DNA from: Patescibacteria group bacterium
GTDB lineage: Bacteria > Patescibacteriota > Patescibacteriia > UBA1558 > GWA2-36-10
Direction: 5' to 3'
DNA: 64,000 bases
Assembly (NCBI GenBank): GCA_018819405.1
Contig: JAHJQF010000001.1
Coordinates: 753,469-817,468 of the forward strand
Part shown: positions 59,480-64,000 of the stretch, piece after piece
Position numbering within the stretch: position 1 is the stretch's first letter
Layout: each line of letters begins with the position of its first letter
Notes under the pieces: model-generated
Seen by the model: only the letters and a program-made list of their open reading frames with translations
What the model was told of the DNA's origin: nothing
Databases searched by the model: none
Made by a program: the position numbers and the translations under genes

Positions 59480-59523
59480 CGAGGTCCGTTCGCGTTTATA
59501 CGCAACTGGCCTCGTATTTTTTT
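59480..59523 (+). terminator. rho-independent terminator (island 3)
   Basis: CGAGGTC-...-GGCCTCG stem with an inner GCG/CGC stem, followed by tattttttt. Confidence 0.55.
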
Positions 59524-59526
59524 AAA

Positions 59527-61056
59527 TTACAATTTTCTTACCATTCTCTTTTCAGCATCCACCTCAATTATGTCTCCATCTTTAAATACTTTGGTAGCAA
59601 ATTTTGTACCGACCACGCAAGGCGTAGATAATTCCCGAGCCACAATAGCCGCATGGCAAGTCAACCCGCCTTCGTCAGTGACAAAGGCGCTGGCTTTTTT
59701 CATAGCGGCTATAATATTTGGTGTAGTACTGACTGATACCAATATATCATTGTATTCCATCTTTGCCATATCAGCTGGATTATTGATTATCTTGACTGTG
59801 CCTTGGACTTTGCCAGGGCAAGCAGTTGTGCCTCTCAATTCTTTGATATTTTTTATTTCCTGTTCTTCTTCACGATGGATAGCTTTTTCAAATTCTTCTG
59901 CTTCTTGACCAATCAAGATAGACACTGTCTTATCCTGATTTGGTATTATAATGTGATATTTTTTAATACTATTTATAATTTTATTATCTGGTTCTTTACC
60001 ATCTACCAAACATTCTTTTATCATATCAAATGGCGTATTTCTAACCTGCTCGAGAGAAAGATGCAGACGCTTGCTTATTTCCGATTGCAATTTCTTAGCA
60101 TGATAATATGACTTGGCCTGATAATCTTTTCTCCGAGGCTTACCCCAGACAAATTTGCCGGCTAGATTCAACATATTTTTTTCACGTTCTGTCGGCTTAT
60201 ATTTCTTATAAAATTCTTGTTTCCTTTTTTCTAGATTTTTTCTTTTACTACCCAAATTTTTTAGTAGCTTCTCTGGGTGTTCCAACTTTATCAAATAATC
60301 ACGTATAAAACTCAAAAAATCCTCTTCGGTTGACTCTGGACCATTGTAAGCATAATAAACCCAGGCATGTTTATTAGTATGTTCTTCCAAATCTCTATAA
60401 AAATCTTTATGCAGTTCCTTTAGATCATCTAGACTTTTTGTCTCTATATCTTTACGCCAATTGTCATAATCCCAATACTTAACCATTATATTTAACAAAG
60501 CCTCTTCCTGATCCTGAGCAAATGAATTGGCTGGTGGTTCAGTAAATAAAGTATAGTAATCCTGATACTCTTTTTCGTTTACATTTTTTTTCAAATAATC
60601 ATTTAAAAAATTTTCTACATAAGTAAATTTTTGCCAATCAAGAACTGGTAAGGCTGTACCTACAGCATAAATTTTACCCTGATAATTATCAAATTTTTCT
60701 AAAAGCAATATCAATTCTTCCCCAGATAGTTTACTCAAATCAGGTTTATAAATATTATTTTCAGTCCAATTATTGAATTTCTCACCCATCTGATGAGATT
60801 GGTCAATTAAATTTTCAAAAAAATCTTTATCCTCCAGCGCCTTAGTTTTTAACTCCTCGTGAAGTTCCTGCCAAATCTTCATGTCAGCCAGGTATTCTAA
60901 ATCATTGTTTTTGGATATTATCCCCGCTACCAAAGTATTTTTTGTACCATTTACCTCTGGGTAATGAAAAAGGCCTTTGGTCCAAATATAATTTCTAAAA
61001 AAAGGAGAGTTGTAATCCCGGCCGACTATTTCCCAATTGTAATTTTTGTAACTCAT
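59527..61056 (-). CDS. PEP-utilizing-enzyme mobile domain protein, paralog 6
   Basis: PGKVQGTVKII...NDILVSVSTTPNIIAAMKKASAFVTDEGGLTCHAAIVARELSTPCVVGT...GDIIEVDAEKRMVRKL. Confidence 0.7.
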   Translation of the reverse strand: MSYKNYNWEIVGRDYNSPFFRNYIWTKGLFHYPEVNGTKNTLVAGIISKNNDLEYLADMKIWQELHEELKTKALEDKDFFENLIDQSHQMGEKFNNWTENNIYKPDLSKLSGEELILLLEKFDNYQGKIYAVGTALPVLDWQKFTYVENFLNDYLKKNVNEKEYQDYYTLFTEPPANSFAQDQEEALLNIMVKYWDYDNWRKDIETKSLDDLKELHKDFYRDLEEHTNKHAWVYYAYNGPESTEEDFLSFIRDYLIKLEHPEKLLKNLGSKRKNLEKRKQEFYKKYKPTEREKNMLNLAGKFVWGKPRRKDYQAKSYYHAKKLQSEISKRLHLSLEQVRNTPFDMIKECLVDGKEPDNKIINSIKKYHIIIPNQDKTVSILIGQEAEEFEKAIHREEEQEIKNIKELRGTTACPGKVQGTVKIINNPADMAKMEYNDILVSVSTTPNIIAAMKKASAFVTDEGGLTCHAAIVARELSTPCVVGTKFATKVFKDGDIIEVDAEKRMVRKL

Positions 61057-62057
61057 ATTTTCCTTATTATTCCCTTTTCAGCATCCACCTCTACCATATC
61101 ACCGTCTTTGAAAACTTTGGTAGCAAATTTTGTGCCAATCACACAAGGAATTTTAAGCTCTCTAGCTAATATTGCAGCGTGACAGACTATACCACCCTCA
61201 TCGGTGACAATGGCTGCAGCTTTCTTCATGGCCGATACAAAATCCGGCGTGGTCATAGGAGATAGCAAAATATCACCTTCATTAAAATCTACTATTTTAT
61301 TTTTCTTTTTCAAAATTTTTATTTTGCCTTTAGCATAACCTCTGAAAGCAACTTGACCTTTTACATATTGATTATCATCAAAATTTTCAAAAACAAATTG
61401 ATAATTTTTGTTTTGCAAGGCAAAGTCTTCCAAAGAGACAATTGAAGCAAATCTACCCATGTCTACCACAAAATTATGACTTCTTTTTTCCATTTCCTCT
61501 CTTGTCGGCATATTATCTACATCTTCTATGGACAAAGTATTGGCCAGTCCCTTGGATTGAGGATAGATAAATTCTATTGATCGGCGAACAAAATTGTCTA
61601 CTTTGTCAAAAAATACATCCTTATTACGTATCCTGTTGGCTATTTTCAATATTTTTTTATCATTTCTATCATCCATGGCTGTATAATAGAATATAACAAA
61701 ATACTTCATACCAGTAGTGGCCAAATTGATAAAATTTTTCAATAGCTCTACAGAATCGCTTTTGTCCTGAGACCAGATATTTTCCAGTTTACCAAGTAGC
61801 CCCTCATATTCATCCATTCTGGAAGCAAACCAATTTTTGTCGCTATTATTTTTTCTAAAGATCTCTTCTTTGTACCAATTGATGGCTTGTCTATTTTCCC
61901 AGACCTCCATCATGCCGTCGTTGATATAATAAATATTTTTTACTTTGTGCGGATTTTCATTATCATATAGACCAAAACTCAATGCCTTATCCCACATCTG
62001 TTCAATAATCAAAGGATAATCTCTGGTATATTCTTTTTCCAAAACTATTTTTTTCAT
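61053..62057 (-). CDS. PEP-utilizing-enzyme mobile domain protein, paralog 7 (short, 334 aa)
   Basis: RGYAKGKIKIL...[49 protein letters not shown]...[20 protein letters not shown] overlap with paralog 6. Confidence 0.7.
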   Translation of the reverse strand: MKKIVLEKEYTRDYPLIIEQMWDKALSFGLYDNENPHKVKNIYYINDGMMEVWENRQAINWYKEEIFRKNNSDKNWFASRMDEYEGLLGKLENIWSQDKSDSVELLKNFINLATTGMKYFVIFYYTAMDDRNDKKILKIANRIRNKDVFFDKVDNFVRRSIEFIYPQSKGLANTLSIEDVDNMPTREEMEKRSHNFVVDMGRFASIVSLEDFALQNKNYQFVFENFDDNQYVKGQVAFRGYAKGKIKILKKKNKIVDFNEGDILLSPMTTPDFVSAMKKAAAIVTDEGGIVCHAAILARELKIPCVIGTKFATKVFKDGDMVEVDAEKGIIRKI

Positions 62058-63511
62058 ATTTTTCTCACTACTCCCTTATCAGCATCTACCTCTACCATAT
62101 CCCCGTCTTTAAAAAATTGCATAGCTTTTAAACATCCTACTATACAAGGAATCTTTAATTCTCTAGAAATAATAGCAGCATGAGATGTAATACCACCTTC
62201 ATCCGCTATAATAGCTGCAGCTTTTTTAGCTACAACCATCATATTTGGCTGAGTCATGCTAGTTAAAAGTATTTCATCTTTTTTAAAGTTTTTAATACTC
62301 TCTTGAAGCATGTCTAGATTACCGGCTATAACTTTTCTTATCCTCCCGCGAGCAAATCCATGCATAGCAACCTGTCCTTTTATCAGACTATTAGTATTTT
62401 TTATTTTCTTGATTCTTTGATTAAAAATTTTTCTTGATTCTTTCGATCCAATTATTTCTAATTTTTCGTTAGAATAAATATTAAGTGCAAAAGATTTTTT
62501 ACGATCATTAACAATATCTTTTATATTACTAATTTTTTGTTTATTTAATAATTTTTCAGTTTCTAGTGGAGTCATAAATCCCAACAAATCTTCCAGTGGT
62601 ATATTTATTTCATCAGCTATTTTTAGCCACATTTTTCTAGCTAAATAATAAGATCCTGACCAGTAAGCTTTAATATTCATTCTTTCAACTGCTTGATTTT
62701 GAAGAAATATTGCTAAATATTTTGCTTCATTACTATCTTTATTAAATTTAATAAAAATCTTTTTCTGTTGATTTTTTAAATCATTTTTTAGTTTTTTCAA
62801 CCTATTTAATTCTTTCTTAAAAATATTTTTTTCTTCTTTTGCTCTAGTTTTTAAGAACTTCAAAATTTTATTATCATCGAATTGACCAAAAACAAGCCAC
62901 GGGTATTTTGAAATATGTTTTAAATAATTTAAATCATTCTCTTTTTTAGAAAGTAATCTTAGCCAGTCTATATTTTCTTTTTGTATATCGTCTAAAGATA
63001 CAGCCGTTGTTAAAATTCCAAAAATATCTAACCATTTATCCTTATAATACTTCTTAGTTATCTCCTTTAATCTCTGTTCTGCTGCGTAAGTAAATTCCAT
63101 GCGTGTACTACCAAAATAAGCAATAGAGTCTATAGAGTATTCAATAAATTTTTTATGATCTATAATAATATTTGAATTTTTTCTTTTTGAATAATCTATT
63201 TTTTCTATTTTTCTAATCCACTTCCACCAGTTGATAGATTCTTTTTTATATTTAATTTTATATTTTTTATAATAATGGGGATTTAAATATTTTTCTCCTT
63301 CTTTTTTAAACTTATCTAACTGACTTTCCTGCATATAAGCAGTGATAATTTTGCCATCAAAATAACAAAAAATTTTACCAAAAGAGTATATATCTCCTCT
63401 ATACAAAAGAGCTTTAGAGGTAGCCCAATAGTTAGACATTATTGGAATACTACTCCACATAAAAACCCAATTATCTTTCTTACTTTTTAATATATATACA
63501 TAATGATTCAT
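62054..63511 (-). CDS. PEP-utilizing-enzyme mobile domain protein, paralog 8
   Basis: HGFARGRIRKV...DEILLTSMTQPNMMVVAKKAAAIIADEGGITSHAAIISRELKIPCIVGC...[20 protein letters not shown] overlap with paralog 7. Confidence 0.7.
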   Translation of the reverse strand: MNHYVYILKSKKDNWVFMWSSIPIMSNYWATSKALLYRGDIYSFGKIFCYFDGKIITAYMQESQLDKFKKEGEKYLNPHYYKKYKIKYKKESINWWKWIRKIEKIDYSKRKNSNIIIDHKKFIEYSIDSIAYFGSTRMEFTYAAEQRLKEITKKYYKDKWLDIFGILTTAVSLDDIQKENIDWLRLLSKKENDLNYLKHISKYPWLVFGQFDDNKILKFLKTRAKEEKNIFKKELNRLKKLKNDLKNQQKKIFIKFNKDSNEAKYLAIFLQNQAVERMNIKAYWSGSYYLARKMWLKIADEINIPLEDLLGFMTPLETEKLLNKQKISNIKDIVNDRKKSFALNIYSNEKLEIIGSKESRKIFNQRIKKIKNTNSLIKGQVAMHGFARGRIRKVIAGNLDMLQESIKNFKKDEILLTSMTQPNMMVVAKKAAAIIADEGGITSHAAIISRELKIPCIVGCLKAMQFFKDGDMVEVDADKGVVRKI

Positions 63512-63529
63512 ATTATGATTTAAATTTAT

Positions 63530-64000
63530 TTAACGGGGTGAATTATTTTTATACCACTCTATAGTCTTGTCCAGACCCTCGTCAAAACTGACAGTCGGCT
63601 GCCAGCCTAGTTCTTTTTTTATTTTAGAAAAATCTATGGCATACCTGTAGTCATGGCCTAATCTGTCTTCTACACGTTCTATCATCGACTCATCTTTGCC
63701 CAATTTACTGACCAAAAGCTTGGCAATATCTATATTTCTTTTTTCGCTGTCACCGCCTACCAGATATGTCTCACCAATCTTACCACGATGCATTATCAAA
63801 TCTATGGCTCGGCAATGATCTTCTACATAGAGCCAGTCACGAATATTTTTGCCTTCACCATAAAGAGGTACTTTTTTATTTTGCAGTAAATTGGTAATAA
63901 AAAGTGGAATAAATTTTTCTACGTGTTGGTATGGTCCATAATTATTACTACAATTAGAAATTGTAATTGGCAGTCCATAAGTAGCGTGATAGGCTCGGAC
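63530..64000 (-). CDS. rmlB: dTDP-glucose 4,6-dehydratase, 3'-terminal part (gene continues beyond the window end)
   Basis: ...ETYLVGGDSEKRNIDIAKLL...RLGHDYRYAIDFSKIKKELGWQPTVSFDEGLDKTIEWY is the conserved RmlB C-terminus. The reading frame stays open upstream to nt 64000 (…NCSNNYGPYQHVEKFIPL…). Confidence 0.75.
   Translation of the reverse strand, partial: VRAYHATYGLPITISNCSNNYGPYQHVEKFIPLFITNLLQNKKVPLYGEGKNIRDWLYVEDHCRAIDLIMHRGKIGETYLVGGDSEKRNIDIAKLLVSKLGKDESMIERVEDRLGHDYRYAIDFSKIKKELGWQPTVSFDEGLDKTIEWYKNNSPR

Noticed and set aside
59195-59505. Minus-strand ORFs 59195..59464 and 59251..59505 inside island 3
   Set aside because: Antisense to the well-supported + strand CX5R ORF, with no expression signals. 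These are GC-driven open frames.

Overview
The host sequence is very AT-rich (roughly 30% GC by eye) with tightly packed, short genes. This fits a reduced Patescibacteria/CPR-like genome, but that placement is inference.

Native content, in order:
- Housekeeping genes: a partial NodB-type deacetylase, a Nudix hydrolase, pyrD, a GT2 synthase, a CtpA-like S41 protease, def-fmt, thpR, gltX, an M23 peptidase, a tyrosine recombinase, alr, serS, ppiB, rdgB and lysS.
- A Wzx/Wzy-type surface-glycan cluster (4 GT2, 2 GT4, a polymerase-like membrane protein and a flippase) at 22.5-30.3 kb.
- The ribosomal alpha operon plus rplM-rpsI (infA, rpmJ, rpsM, rpsK, rpsD, rpoA, rplQ, rplM, rpsI) at 31.4-35.2 kb.
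- A dcw-type cell-wall cluster (murB, murC, murG, ftsW, murD, mraY) at 35.5-45.6 kb.
- A ~16 kb array (47.2-63.5 kb) of eight divergent paralogs, each ending in a PEP-utilizing phosphohistidine 'swivel' domain. HAD-hydrolase, Pta-family, CDP-alcohol-phosphatidyltransferase-like, NifU-like and a frameshifted gluconokinase-like gene are embedded in it. rmlA, rmlD and a partial rmlB are interleaved.

The most striking observation is three short GC-rich islands (about 30.43-31.39, 46.03-46.90 and 58.92-59.53 kb). Each has a near-consensus sigma70 promoter (TTGACA, 17-nt spacer, TG-extended -10), a strong Shine-Dalgarno, a high-GC3 ORF and one or two tight GC hairpin terminators. All three are inserted in intergenic gaps on the + strand.
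- Island 1 encodes a small hydrophobic ORF plus a membrane-anchored protein.
- Island 2 encodes a histidine-phosphatase-superfamily-like protein (RH...N, SSPxxRA, VTSHGG motifs).
- Island 3 encodes a Cys-X5-Arg phosphatase-like protein.

They look like recent foreign or engineered cassettes.

Smaller observations:
- A hairpin repeat family sits immediately 5' of murB, murG, rmlD and rmlA.
- A repeated terminator-like element is present in two copies, one of which has overwritten a PEP-utilizer paralog and left a 13-codon remnant.
- A structured non-coding region next to the recombinase could not be classified.
- rpoA lacks the alpha C-terminal domain (CTD).

No rRNA, tRNA or CRISPR array was recognised.
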